Shown: positions 38,418 through 48,254, numbered from the stretch's first letter. The stretch is 64,000 nt of DNA from Aquamicrobium sp. (GCA_047637695.1 JBLJBS010000012.1:5566-69565); one strand, 5' to 3'. Numbers and translations: made by a program. Notes: generated by a model from the letters alone, not told the origin.

Positions 38418-39286
38418 TCCTCTGTCCTCTGAATTGCCCTGCGCAATGCAACCGGCATCGCCTTGTGGATAGCCACCGGCGGAACCGAACCATGATGCTC
38501 GTCCTCGATCTCGCGGCAGACGAGGTCAAGATCAGGAAGCGCCAGCGCCGCCAAACTGTCGTGCAAGGCGCGAAGGTTGCCGACCATGTTGTTGCGCCTG
38601 ATCCAGTCCGCATAGGCCGGCCATATATCGGACAGCGCCTTCGGCGTGTCCTGTTCGAGCGCACCGACGCTGAGAACGAGCGTGCGGCGTTCTCCCACGG
38701 CGGCAAGACGGTCACGATATCCGTCGAGAAACGCCAGGATGCGCTTTTCCCCGAACCAGATCGACGGGCTTGAAACGAGAAAATTTCGGAACGAACCCGG
38801 CCGGGTCAGCGCCGCATAGAGCGTGCACAGCCCGCCGAAGGAATGGCCGAACAGCGACTGCCGATCACGATCGATCGGCATGGCGGCTTCGATCCGCGGC
38901 TTTACGACCGTATCGAGCAGCGACAGGAAGGCGTCGGCCCCACCGACTTCCTGCCATGGCTGGCCGTCCGGGCGTGGACCGAGCAGGGCGCGGTCCACGG
39001 CAGGCGTATAGTCGAAAGTGCGCTGGTCGAGATCGAGATCGTCCTCGACCGGATAGCCGATACCGACGACGACAGCCGGATCGAGGCCTGTCAGGGCTGG
39101 ACGGACCCCATGCGCCTTTGTCGAGGCGATCAGGCTGAGGAAGTGAGCGTTGCCATCAAGCGCATAGACAACCGGGAACCCGCCCGAAGAAGCGGGTGTC
39201 GCCGGCCGGTAGACAAAGATACGGAACTGACGGCCATCGCACTCGATGTCGAAGCGATGTGTGCCGCGTATGCTGACCTCATCCAT
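38414..39286 (-). CDS. Alpha/beta hydrolase, IroE/BesA-like siderophore esterase
   Basis: FPVVYALDGN, VVGIGY, RTFDYTP, GHSFGG, SPSIW, EHHGSV. Confidence 0.88.
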   Translation of the reverse strand: MDEVSIRGTHRFDIECDGRQFRIFVYRPATPASSGGFPVVYALDGNAHFLSLIASTKAHGVRPALTGLDPAVVVGIGYPVEDDLDLDQRTFDYTPAVDRALLGPRPDGQPWQEVGGADAFLSLLDTVVKPRIEAAMPIDRDRQSLFGHSFGGLCTLYAALTRPGSFRNFLVSSPSIWFGEKRILAFLDGYRDRLAAVGERRTLVLSVGALEQDTPKALSDIWPAYADWIRRNNMVGNLRALHDSLAALALPDLDLVCREIEDEHHGSVPPVAIHKAMPVALRRAIQRTEE

Positions 39287-40172
39287 TGGCGACCTTGCGC
39301 GTGCGCTCCTCGTGCCAGACGGCGTGATAATCGGCATCCCGGTCATTGTCGTGGGCGCTGTGATAGGCATCCTCGGACATGCCACGCTTCCAGTAGCCGA
39401 CAGCCAGTATCATGCGCCGGTCCAGCCCGATCTCGTCCCGACCGAATGCCCTGATCTGTCGCACCGCGTCGGATTCGCCGCCGACCCAAAGAAAAGTATC
39501 CGGATGCGCATGCCAGTCTATCCTGTCGCGCACCGCCTGCGGCAGCACGCTGCCGCCGGCCACCACACGCAGCCACTCGACATTGATGCCATGCGGATGA
39601 TCGAGCGCGATATGATCATCCTCGTCAGGGGTCTCGATCAGGACCGTGCCGTGCGCCGTGGCCGGCAGATTCTCGAGAATATTGGCAATCGCGGCCAAGG
39701 AAGACAGGTCGCCGGCAAGAACGTAATTCGCAGCCGGGCGAACGTCGCGCCCGCCCGGTCCCCCGAGGATCAGCCGCGCACCGGGTTCGGCGGTGGTGGC
39801 CCAGCGCGACGCCGGCCCTTCATGATCGTGCAGAACGAAGTCGACGTCGAGAAGGCAGGCGTCGCGATCCAACCGGCGAACACTGTAAGTGCGGATCGCC
39901 GGTCGCATTGCCGGCTCGGTCCAGACGGGCCGGCCGCGCGAATCCAGCTCCGGCAGCGTCAAATCATTGGCGCCTCGGGGCGGGATGAAGAGCTTGATAT
40001 TCGGTCCCGCGGGCATCGACGCGACGATAGGACTATAGAGGCTTACTCGCTGGATTCGCGGGGCAATGCGCCGCGTCGCAGCCACTTCCACCTGCCACAG
40101 ATTGTGTGGCAGGTCACCCTTTCCCGCGAGCGGCGGTCGTCCCGCCGGCACAACGCCTTCCAAACTTACCAT
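39279..40172 (-). CDS. Siderophore-interacting protein (ViuB-like reductase)
   Basis: RTYSVRR, DVDFVLH..GPASRWA, GPGG, W.GGE, GYWKRG. Confidence 0.92.
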   Translation of the reverse strand: MVSLEGVVPAGRPPLAGKGDLPHNLWQVEVAATRRIAPRIQRVSLYSPIVASMPAGPNIKLFIPPRGANDLTLPELDSRGRPVWTEPAMRPAIRTYSVRRLDRDACLLDVDFVLHDHEGPASRWATTAEPGARLILGGPGGRDVRPAANYVLAGDLSSLAAIANILENLPATAHGTVLIETPDEDDHIALDHPHGINVEWLRVVAGGSVLPQAVRDRIDWHAHPDTFLWVGGESDAVRQIRAFGRDEIGLDRRMILAVGYWKRGMSEDAYHSAHDNDRDADYHAVWHEERTRKVANG

Positions 40173-42439
40173 TTGTAGCTCAGCGTGGCCTTCACTTCGC
40201 GGCCGGTGCCGTAGTAGCAGCTGCCCATCGCAGTCAGCGAATTGCTGCACGATGCGACATATTCCTTGTCGAACAGGTTAGATGCCGAGACATTCAGCTT
40301 CAGCCCTTCAAGCGAGGCATTCCTGCGGCCGAAATCGTAGGAGATCGAGGCGTCGACCAGCGTATAGTCCGGCACGTCCAGACGTCCACCGAGATAGAGC
40401 GCCTCGGTATCACCGATGTAGCGAAGGCCCGCGCCGATACCCAGTCCCGCAAGCGCCGAGTTCTCGTTGAACTGGTAGTGCGCCCAGAGGGCGGCCTGAT
40501 GGGTCGGCACGCCGGAGGGCGTCGAACCTACGAGAATCGCCATCGTGTCCTCGACGACACGGGCGCGGACATAGGCATAGGAAGCGACCAGATCGAGGCC
40601 GGGCACCACTTCCGCCTTCGCCTCCAGCTCGATGCCACGCGAGCGCACCTTGCCGAGCTGGCTCTGACAGGTGGCGGCGCTGCATCCATTGGCCGGCGTT
40701 CCTGGAATGCCGGTCGTGGTCAGAACGTTCTCCTGCTCGATATCGAAATAGGAAGCCGTAAACATGCCGTTGAAGGCGGCGGGCTGATAGCGGACGCCGA
40801 CTTCGAACTGTCGGGCGGTTGTCGGTTCGAAGGCGACACCGCCGATGCCGGTTCCCGGTGTAACCTCGAACGACGTGGCGTAGCTCGCATAGGGCGCGAT
40901 GCCATTGTCGAAGACATAGGCGACGCCGGCATTCCACGAGATATCGTCCACCTTCTTGTCGACCGAGCCGATCGCAAGCGGCGTCTTCGCACCGGTGACG
41001 GGATTGTAGCCAAAGGCACCGACATCATAGGAAACGGCGTCGTAGCGAAGACCGGCAGTGGCCGAGAGGCGGCCCGCATCGATCTGGTCCTGAAGATAAA
41101 TGCCGGTCTGGGTCCGCTTCAGCGAGGTGTAGCCCGAAAGAGGCGGAACGGGCGGCGGCGTATAGATCGGGTTGAGATAGTCGATCGGCGACATGGTCGC
41201 CGACTGGCCGAGATAGCGGTCGGCATCGAGATACTGGAAATCCAGACCGCCGAGCAGCGTATGGCGAACCGTGCCAGTCTCGAACTCGTAGCGAAGCTGG
41301 TTGTCGATCGTAATCTGGCTGGCGTCGTCAAGCGCCTGCGAAGGACGCCGCAGAATATTCGAACCGGCAAGCCCGACGACCGCAAGTCCCTGGAAGTCCG
41401 ACTTCGTATCCATGAAACGGAGCTTCTGGGTGAACTTCAACTCATCGGTGAAGTCATGCTCCAGCTCGTAGCCGGCCCAGAACTGTTCGCGATCGAACTT
41501 CGAATAGCCATTGCCCTCGACGTTGAAATTATAGGGAATCTTGGGCAGCACCCCGTTGGGAATGACCGTCCCCAGCGCAGGCAAGTAGAGCGGATACACA
41601 CTGGAAGGATCGCGCAGATATCCGGCATAGACGGTGAGCGAGGTATCGGGCGTCGCATCCCATGTCAGCGACGGCGCAATGAACCAACGCTCCGTATCGG
41701 CGAAATCGATGTTGCTTTCCTGATAGCGGCCCAGACCGACAAGGCGATATTTGACGTTCTCGGAACCGGCGACCGGCCCGGTGAAATCGAATGCCGCCTC
41801 GATACGGCCGGGGGCACCAACCGTGAACTGGACTTCGCGCTGGGCATGATCCAGCGGCTTTTTGGTCGTCTGGTTGACGAGGCCACCGGGCATGATCTGC
41901 CCATAGAGCACCGATGCCGGCCCCTTTAGCACGTCCACTCGCTCGATGTTCCAGGCATCCATCGCCGGGGCGTTATAGCTCAAGCCGCGCTGCATCTTCA
42001 TGCCGTCGGCAAAGTCGAACCAGTTCTGCAACCCGCCGAAGCCGCGAATATAGCCGATGTCGTAACGTGTCGTCGGGCGACCTTCGGCAACGACGCCCGG
42101 CGTATAGCGGAGCGCCTCGGAAATCGTGGTGGCGCCGCGCTGCTCCATTTCCTCGCGCGCCACCGCATTGACCGATTGCGACGTCCTGACAATCTCCCGA
42201 TCCGTCTTGCCGGCTGTCGAGCTCTTCTTGGCGACGACGCCCTCGGTGCCATTGCCGCCGCCCTCGCCATCGACGACGATGGTTTCGAGTTCGGTGACAT
42301 CGTTCTGCTGCGCCAGCACGGGAACGGTAAGAATCGCCATAGCGGTACCGAGAAGAAGGAGCGAAGCCAGAGGCTTGAGCATTCCCTGCGCTGTCACGGC
42401 CTTATCGCTGTTGTTGCCTGAACGCCTGTCGCCATGCAT
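40166..42439 (-). CDS. TonB-dependent siderophore receptor
   Basis: LETIVV TonB box, EALRYTPG, IRGFG, ERVDVLKGPASVLYG, NLFDKEY, C-terminal YKW; start may be 42382. Confidence 0.95.
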   Translation of the reverse strand: MHGDRRSGNNSDKAVTAQGMLKPLASLLLLGTAMAILTVPVLAQQNDVTELETIVVDGEGGGNGTEGVVAKKSSTAGKTDREIVRTSQSVNAVAREEMEQRGATTISEALRYTPGVVAEGRPTTRYDIGYIRGFGGLQNWFDFADGMKMQRGLSYNAPAMDAWNIERVDVLKGPASVLYGQIMPGGLVNQTTKKPLDHAQREVQFTVGAPGRIEAAFDFTGPVAGSENVKYRLVGLGRYQESNIDFADTERWFIAPSLTWDATPDTSLTVYAGYLRDPSSVYPLYLPALGTVIPNGVLPKIPYNFNVEGNGYSKFDREQFWAGYELEHDFTDELKFTQKLRFMDTKSDFQGLAVVGLAGSNILRRPSQALDDASQITIDNQLRYEFETGTVRHTLLGGLDFQYLDADRYLGQSATMSPIDYLNPIYTPPPVPPLSGYTSLKRTQTGIYLQDQIDAGRLSATAGLRYDAVSYDVGAFGYNPVTGAKTPLAIGSVDKKVDDISWNAGVAYVFDNGIAPYASYATSFEVTPGTGIGGVAFEPTTARQFEVGVRYQPAAFNGMFTASYFDIEQENVLTTTGIPGTPANGCSAATCQSQLGKVRSRGIELEAKAEVVPGLDLVASYAYVRARVVEDTMAILVGSTPSGVPTHQAALWAHYQFNENSALAGLGIGAGLRYIGDTEALYLGGRLDVPDYTLVDASISYDFGRRNASLEGLKLNVSASNLFDKEYVASCSNSLTAMGSCYYGTGREVKATLSYKW

Positions 42440-42496
42440 ATTCGATCACCCACCTGTGCAAACTCGTATTCGTGCAGGCGGCAGGTTTCTATTTCC

Positions 42497-42511
42497 TGAC
42501 TTTGATATTCA
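42497..42511. promoter_or_regulatory. Putative RirA iron-responsive operator (TGA-N9-TCA)
   Basis: TGA-CTTTGATAT-TCA in an AT-rich patch between receptor and araC genes. Confidence 0.65.
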
Positions 42512-42591
42512 AGTTAAAAGACGTTTGCGCCGCAACCAATGCCTTTGCACAAGCTTCAGCGGTGACAGGAAGCCAGAACGGCAGGCCAGAA

Positions 42592-43617
42592 GTGACACAG
42601 CACGACCTCAACCTGGCCATTCTCGCGCGCGAGCTGGTGACACGGAACACCGAGACGCCGGTTTTTTCACCACGCATCGGCGAGGACACGGTCTTGCTGC
42701 GCGGCGTGCTCAATTCGGTGCGGCTGCGACCCGGCCTCATCATGCACGCAAGCGACGTGACAGAACTGCGCGATGTCGACGTTCGCACCGAAGTGCAGAG
42801 CGGCGTGTCGTTCCTTTATTTCAGCTATGGCAAGGTGGATGTCCGCTTCGGCGAGACGGATTTTCACATGGGCACCGGCGGCACCGGCGGCACCGGCGAC
42901 GATGCGAATGCGCCGCCGCGCGGCGAGCCACGCGCGTTTATCGTCAACCGGGCTGAACCCGACGTGTTCTCGCGCAAGATCAGGACAGGTACGCGTATCC
43001 GCAAGCTGCTCATCACAGTCACCCCCGAATGGCTGGATGCGGGAGGACTATCTTCAGTCAGCGGGTCGAGCTCGCTGCACTGGCTTCTGAACGAGCATCT
43101 TTCGTCCTTCGCCTTTATCCCATCTCCAAGGCTTCAGTCTCTCGTCGAGCACATCATCGATCCGCCGGCGATGCCCGAAGCCGTGAGAAATCTCTATCTG
43201 GAAAGCCGGGCAATCGAAGTCGTTGCCGAGATGATCGCCAGCGCCGTTCCCGATAACGACGACCAGACCGGATTGGGGCGTATCGAGCGGCTCAATCTCG
43301 ATGCCGCGCTGGAGTACATTGATGCCAATCCCGAGCAGGTGCTCTCGATAGAAGAGATCGCCAGGCATGTTGGCCTCAGCGCCAGTTCGCTCCAGCGCCT
43401 GTTCAAGAAAGGTAGAGGCTGCAGCGTTTTCGACCATGTGCGCCAGCGCAGGATGGAAAAGGCGTTGAAAGCGCTGCAAACATCCTCGATCCCGATTGCG
43501 CAGGCAGCCCACATCGCCGGATACAGCAGCCCCGCCAATTTCGCGACGGCGTTCCGCAAGATGTTCGGTGTCGTCCCCTCGCAGGTGCGGGACAGATATT
43601 CATTGCCTGGTGTGTGA
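42592..43617 (+). CDS. AraC-family regulator (PchR/YbtA-like)
   Basis: LYLESRAIE, EEIARHVGLSASSLQRLFK, AGYSSPANFATAFRKMFGVVP; GTG start inferred. Confidence 0.92.
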   Translation: MTQHDLNLAILARELVTRNTETPVFSPRIGEDTVLLRGVLNSVRLRPGLIMHASDVTELRDVDVRTEVQSGVSFLYFSYGKVDVRFGETDFHMGTGGTGGTGDDANAPPRGEPRAFIVNRAEPDVFSRKIRTGTRIRKLLITVTPEWLDAGGLSSVSGSSSLHWLLNEHLSSFAFIPSPRLQSLVEHIIDPPAMPEAVRNLYLESRAIEVVAEMIASAVPDNDDQTGLGRIERLNLDAALEYIDANPEQVLSIEEIARHVGLSASSLQRLFKKGRGCSVFDHVRQRRMEKALKALQTSSIPIAQAAHIAGYSSPANFATAFRKMFGVVPSQVRDRYSLPGV

Positions 43618-43807
43618 GTGTAACCGCAACGGACATAAGGCAATCTCGCTTACGGTCGGTGCAATCCTATCGAACCTGCAGGCAATTATCTTCATCACCA
43701 TCCTGACGCAGAGCACCGCACAAGCTGGCGCAGCCGACGCGATATTGGCGCGGTGTAGCTAGACACCCGGCACAGCAAACCAGCGAATACGCGCCTTTCC
43801 ACCTTAA

Positions 43808-43850
43808 TTGGTAAGGGAGAGGTCGAGAGTTCAATCCTCCCGCAGCACCA
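43808..43850 (+). mobile_element. Degenerate 3' half of tRNA-Thr(GGT), att-like island boundary (not an intact tRNA)
   Basis: TTGGTAAGGGAGAGGTCGAGAGTTCAATCCTCCCGCAGCACCA: GGT anticodon loop, T-loop GTTCAATC, CCA end; no 5' acceptor or D-arm upstream. Confidence 0.8.
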
Positions 43851-44076
43851 TTAATCCGTGAAATGGACCAGCCTGTTCTCCCTCTCCGCCGAGCGTTTCC
43901 ATGTCGGAAAAGCGCAGCCGGCGTTGCTGCGGGGCAACGGCGGCATCGCATCGCCACAAAGCCGGCCGGCCGCGTTTGACTTCGACGGCGCATCGTCGCA
44001 AGAACGGATATGCCGTTCCGGCAGGTTCGCGATGGTGCGAACGGCTCCGGGAACGCACGAGCAGTCGGGTCTGACG

Positions 44077-45000
44077 GTGGGCATCTATCTGCCGATCGCT
44101 GAAATGTCGGTCAACATCGCAGTTGTTCTGGCGATGGGGGCTGCGGTCGGCTTCCTTTCGGGCCTGTTCGGTGTCGGCGGCGGCTTCCTGATCACGCCGC
44201 TGCTGATCTTCTACAACATCCCTCCGGCGATCGCCGTCGCCACCGGCGCCAATCAGGTGGTGGCCTCGTCGACCTCCGGCGCGCTCGCCCACTTCAAGAA
44301 AGGCACCATCGACTTCAAGCTCGGCACGGTGCTGCTGGTGGGCGGCGTGTTCGGCTCGTCGGTCGGCGTCTGGGTGTTCAGCCTGTTGCGAAGCATCGGC
44401 CAGCTCGACCTGTTCGTATCGCTGCTCTACGTCGCGCTTCTGGGAACCGTGGGCGGGCTGATGCTGGTCGAAAGCCTGCGCGCGATGCGCCGCGCCGCCA
44501 GCGGCGAGGCGCCGACGCTGCGCCGGCCCGGCCAGCACAACTGGGTGCACCGCCTGCCGCTCAAGATGCGCTTCCGCACCTCCAAGCTGTTCGTCAGCGT
44601 CATCCCCGTGCTCGGGCTCGGCGTCGTGATCGGCTTCCTGGCATCGATCATGGGTGTCGGCGGCGGCTTCATCATGGTTCCGGCGCTGATCTATCTGCTC
44701 AAGGTGCCGACCAATGTCGTCGTCGGCACCTCGCTCTACCAGATCGTCTTCACCGGCGCCTATACGACCATCGTCCACTCGACGACCAACCAGACGGTCG
44801 ACATCGTGCTCGCCTTCCTGCTGATGGTAGGCGGCGTGGCCGGCGCGCAATATGGCGCCAAGGCCGGCCAGAAGCTGCGGGGCGAACAGTTGCGGGCACT
44901 GCTGGCATTGCTGGTGCTTGCCGTCGCCGCCCGGCTCGGCTTCGACCTGTTCGTGCCGCCGGCCTCGATCTATTCGCTGACCTCCCTGTCGGGGATCTGA
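44077..45000 (+). CDS. TauE/SafE (TSUP) family transporter
   Basis: Duplicated GVGGGF..P motif, AVATG / VVGTS; paired with TIGR02186 gene. Confidence 0.92.
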   Translation: MGIYLPIAEMSVNIAVVLAMGAAVGFLSGLFGVGGGFLITPLLIFYNIPPAIAVATGANQVVASSTSGALAHFKKGTIDFKLGTVLLVGGVFGSSVGVWVFSLLRSIGQLDLFVSLLYVALLGTVGGLMLVESLRAMRRAASGEAPTLRRPGQHNWVHRLPLKMRFRTSKLFVSVIPVLGLGVVIGFLASIMGVGGGFIMVPALIYLLKVPTNVVVGTSLYQIVFTGAYTTIVHSTTNQTVDIVLAFLLMVGGVAGAQYGAKAGQKLRGEQLRALLALLVLAVAARLGFDLFVPPASIYSLTSLSGI

Positions 45001-45003
45001 GCG

Positions 45004-45801
45004 ATGCTTATACGCTACCTGGCCTTGCTGTCGCTCCTGCCGGCGCTTCTGCTGGTCGCGCCGGCAGCGGCGCAAGCCCCCGAGAACCCAAATCCCGAAA
45101 CGATCCAGATCGGGCTTTCGACCGACCGCGTCTTCATCACCTCGGATTTCTCCGGCGCCGACCTGACGATCTTCGGCGCGCTCGACTTCGCCGACCCGCT
45201 CTTCGCCCGCCAGGGCCGCTATGACGTCATCGTGGTGCTGGAAGGACCGGCGCGTCCGGTGGTGGTGCGGCGCAAGAGCCGGGTTCTCGGCATGTGGATC
45301 AACACCTGGTCGGAAACATTCGTCAACGTGCCGATGTCCTATTCGGTGGCGACGACACGGGTGTGGCAGGACATCACCGGCCCCGACAGCTACCGGCAGA
45401 TGGCGCTCGGTCCCGACTACATCGCCCTCATTCCCGAGGACCGAGGCGACGACCCGGTAACCATTGCCGAGTTCACCGCCGCGCTGCGCGAGCGCAAGAA
45501 GGCGGCGGGCCTCTACAGCGAACGCATCGGCGGTGTGCAGTTCCTGTCGCAGAGCCTGTTCCGCGCGACCCTGCATCTCGCGCCCAACGTGCCGGTGGGC
45601 ACGCACAGGGCGCGCGCCTTCCTGTTCAAGAACGGTGTCTTCATCAAGGAGAGCTCGGCCCAGCTCGCCATTCTCAAGGCGGGCTTCGAGCAGCAGGTTC
45701 ACCGCATCGCCCAGCAACACGGCTTTTTCTACGGGCTCGCCGCCGTGGCGCTCGCCATCCTGACGGGCTGGCTCGGCCGCCTCATCTTCCGCCGCGATTG
45801 A
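45004..45801 (+). CDS. TIGR02186 family protein
   Basis: ITSDFSGADLTIFGA, VRRKSRVLGMWIN, LFRATL, C-terminal TM. Confidence 0.88.
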   Translation: MLIRYLALLSLLPALLLVAPAAAQAPENPNPETIQIGLSTDRVFITSDFSGADLTIFGALDFADPLFARQGRYDVIVVLEGPARPVVVRRKSRVLGMWINTWSETFVNVPMSYSVATTRVWQDITGPDSYRQMALGPDYIALIPEDRGDDPVTIAEFTAALRERKKAAGLYSERIGGVQFLSQSLFRATLHLAPNVPVGTHRARAFLFKNGVFIKESSAQLAILKAGFEQQVHRIAQQHGFFYGLAAVALAILTGWLGRLIFRRD

Positions 45802-45953
45802 GCGCAAGGCCGGAACAGACGATACCCACCCGACATGCGGCTGCGCGATCTGGAGCAACGGGCATTCTGACGAATGCAGTTCCGTCGCTCTCGCTTGGTT
45901 TCTTGATCCGCATATATGCGACGTCAGACGTAACCGTCTGACTGCAAAATGCT

Positions 45954-47051
45954 CTACTGCGCGGGCCGGACGCGGATGGCGTGAATGTCGACCGCCCTGC
46001 CCCTGCCCTCGACATCGGGATTGATGGCGATGACGCCGCCGGCATCGGGCCGCTGCGACGGCAGGTCGATTTCGAACAGATATTCCTCGCGGGAGGCACC
46101 GGCGACGTAGCGCTTTCGACCGCAATCGCCGAGCACGCCAAACTCACAGTCGACCGAGATCTGGGTCTCCTCCCCCTCGCGCGCCTGCGCGACGATGGTG
46201 AAGACCGCGCGTCGGCCGGCGATGTCCTCGAGCACGCCCTGCCCAACGTCGAACAGCACCGGCGACCCGGATGCGCCGCTGCGGATGCGGATGAAGCGCG
46301 TGCCCTCCTCCTCCATCACCTCGGCCTGCGTATCGCCCGGCGCCGTCACCGTGGTCGGGTCGGCGGCGGTGAAGATGTCGATCCAGCCTTCGGAGGTGTC
46401 GGCACTGCCGGGGATGCGCGGGCCGCCATTTTCACCCGTCTGCGGCGGCGTCAGCAGCCTCTCGCCCTGGCCGGAAACGACGAGCCACCATGCCGCTGCC
46501 CCGGCAAGGGCAACCAGCAGCAGGAAAGCAAGCGGACCGGCGAACCGGAAGCGCCGCCGCGGCCGGTCGCGGCGCCCCTCCCGCAATGATGGTTTTGCTC
46601 GGGTAGCCTGGGGGGCAGCCTGGGGGGCAGCCTGCCGGACGGCCGGCTTGCCCGTCCCAAGCGACACCGGCCGTCTTTCGCCATCGAGCGTCGGCGCGAC
46701 GTCGGATGCGGACACTTGATCACGGTCCGGCAGCGACCGGCCGGCAGCCTCAGGCACCACATCCGGCGCAGGCACCGGCTGTTGCGGCCGCGGAGCGGGC
46801 TGCGACGGCCGTTGAGTAGCGGCGGAGGCGGGGGCCGGCCTGGCGGGAACGAATTCAGTCTCGATCACGGTGATGGCGGCAAGAAGCGTCTCGCGACGGC
46901 GCTGGGCGATGGCCTCGGTCACGTTCGGATTGGCCTTCAGCGACCGGTCGAGCGCACCGAAGGCGGAGCGATAGACCTTTTCCCGGAAGGCCCGCTCGGA
47001 AGGGTCCCCCTTGGCAAAGGCGCTTCTTATCGCTTTTTCAATCGAATCCAT
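45954..47051 (-). CDS. Hypothetical bitopic membrane protein
   Basis: Helical N-terminus, Pro/Ala/Gln linker, one TM, beta-rich C-terminal domain with Cys pair; backbone-like codon usage. Confidence 0.75.
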   Translation of the reverse strand: MDSIEKAIRSAFAKGDPSERAFREKVYRSAFGALDRSLKANPNVTEAIAQRRRETLLAAITVIETEFVPARPAPASAATQRPSQPAPRPQQPVPAPDVVPEAAGRSLPDRDQVSASDVAPTLDGERRPVSLGTGKPAVRQAAPQAAPQATRAKPSLREGRRDRPRRRFRFAGPLAFLLLVALAGAAAWWLVVSGQGERLLTPPQTGENGGPRIPGSADTSEGWIDIFTAADPTTVTAPGDTQAEVMEEEGTRFIRIRSGASGSPVLFDVGQGVLEDIAGRRAVFTIVAQAREGEETQISVDCEFGVLGDCGRKRYVAGASREEYLFEIDLPSQRPDAGGVIAINPDVEGRGRAVDIHAIRVRPAQ

Positions 47052-47199
47052 CACACCGCCGCACCGAGACGTCTCCTCATCCCGCATCGTTAACCGCAGC
47101 CGGCCCCGCAATCAATCGTTCGAACGATTGCTCCGGTCGGCGCGTCACGTCCTGTCCTCGTCGCAACCAGTTGTCTGGTGGCGACGATCTGCTAGAAAG

Positions 47200-47219
47200 T
47201 GACGTTTTCGTAAACGTCA
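47200..47219. promoter_or_regulatory. Palindromic operator, LiuR-like
   Basis: TGACGTTT-TCGT-AAACGTCA, perfect 8-bp arms just upstream of the RBS. Confidence 0.6.
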
Positions 47220-47235
47220 AAGGTGAGGAGTGACG

Positions 47236-48186
47236 ATGGCGCTGCCGGACATCCTGAAAGACAGACTTCGCATCCCGGTGGTCGGTTCGCCACTGTTCAT
47301 CATTTCGCACCCGCCGCTGGTTCTGGCCCAGTGCAAGGCGGGAATCGTCGGCTCATTCCCGGCGCTGAACGCGCGGCCGGTGTCCCAGCTTGACGAATGG
47401 CTGGCCGAGATCACCGAGACACTGGCCGCCCATGACGCGGTAAATCCGGCGCACAGGTCGGCGCCTTTCGCCGTCAACCAGATCGTCCACAAGTCGAACG
47501 ACCGGCTGGAGGAAGACCTTGCGCTGTGCGTCAAGTACAAGGTGCCGATCGTGATCACGTCGCTGGGCGCGGTTCCGGAAGTGAATGAGGCCGTCCATTC
47601 CTATGGCGGCATCGTGTTGCACGACATCATCCACGACCGCCACGCCCGCAAGGCTATCGAAAAGGGCGCCGACGGCCTGATCGCGGTGGCGGCGGGTGCG
47701 GGCGGCCATGCCGGCACGCTCTCCCCGTTCGCGCTGATCCAGGAAATCCGCCAGTGGTTCGACGGGCCGCTGCTGTTGTCCGGCGCCATCGCCAATGGCG
47801 GTGCGGTCCTTGCGGCCCAGGCGATGGGCGCCGATCTCGCCTATATCGGTTCGCCGTTCATCGCCACCCGCGAGGCGCGCGCCGTCGATGCCTACAAGCA
47901 GATGATCGTCGATTCCAGGGCCGCCGACATCGTCTATTCGAACCTGTTCACGGGCGTCCACGGCAACTACCTCAAGGGTTCGGTCCGCGCCGCCGGCATG
48001 GACCCCGACCAGCTGCCGGAATCCGATCCGTCGAAAATGGATTTCGGCGGCGGCAGCAAGGCGTGGAAGGATATCTGGGGCTGCGGTCAGGGCATCGGAG
48101 CGGTGAAGGAGGTCGTCGGCGCCGCCGATCTGGTCGAACGCCTCGCCGACGAATATGCCGCGGCCAGAAAGCGCCTCGCCCTATAG
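47236..48186 (+). CDS. Nitronate monooxygenase / FabK-like FMN oxidoreductase
   Basis: SPLFIIS, GSFPALNAR, AGAGGHAG, LSGAIA, GADLAYIGSPFIAT. Confidence 0.92.
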   Translation: MALPDILKDRLRIPVVGSPLFIISHPPLVLAQCKAGIVGSFPALNARPVSQLDEWLAEITETLAAHDAVNPAHRSAPFAVNQIVHKSNDRLEEDLALCVKYKVPIVITSLGAVPEVNEAVHSYGGIVLHDIIHDRHARKAIEKGADGLIAVAAGAGGHAGTLSPFALIQEIRQWFDGPLLLSGAIANGGAVLAAQAMGADLAYIGSPFIATREARAVDAYKQMIVDSRAADIVYSNLFTGVHGNYLKGSVRAAGMDPDQLPESDPSKMDFGGGSKAWKDIWGCGQGIGAVKEVVGAADLVERLADEYAAARKRLAL

Positions 48187-48222
48187 GCCGCGATCCGCGG
48201 CATCTTTCGAACGCCACATATG

Positions 48223-48254
48223 AGGCCCGCATTTCGCATGCGGGCCTTTTCTTT
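48223..48254 (+). terminator. Rho-independent terminator
   Basis: AGGCCCGCAT-TTCGC-ATGCGGGCCT-TTTCTTT. Confidence 0.8.

Noticed and set aside
42870-42900. GGCACCGGC tandem repeat in araC
   Set aside because: In-frame Gly/Thr linker expansion; no sign of phase variation.
43745-43850. Intact tRNA-Thr gene
   Set aside because: Only the anticodon loop to CCA is present; upstream DNA cannot form the D-arm or acceptor stem, and the T/acceptor junction looks shortened.
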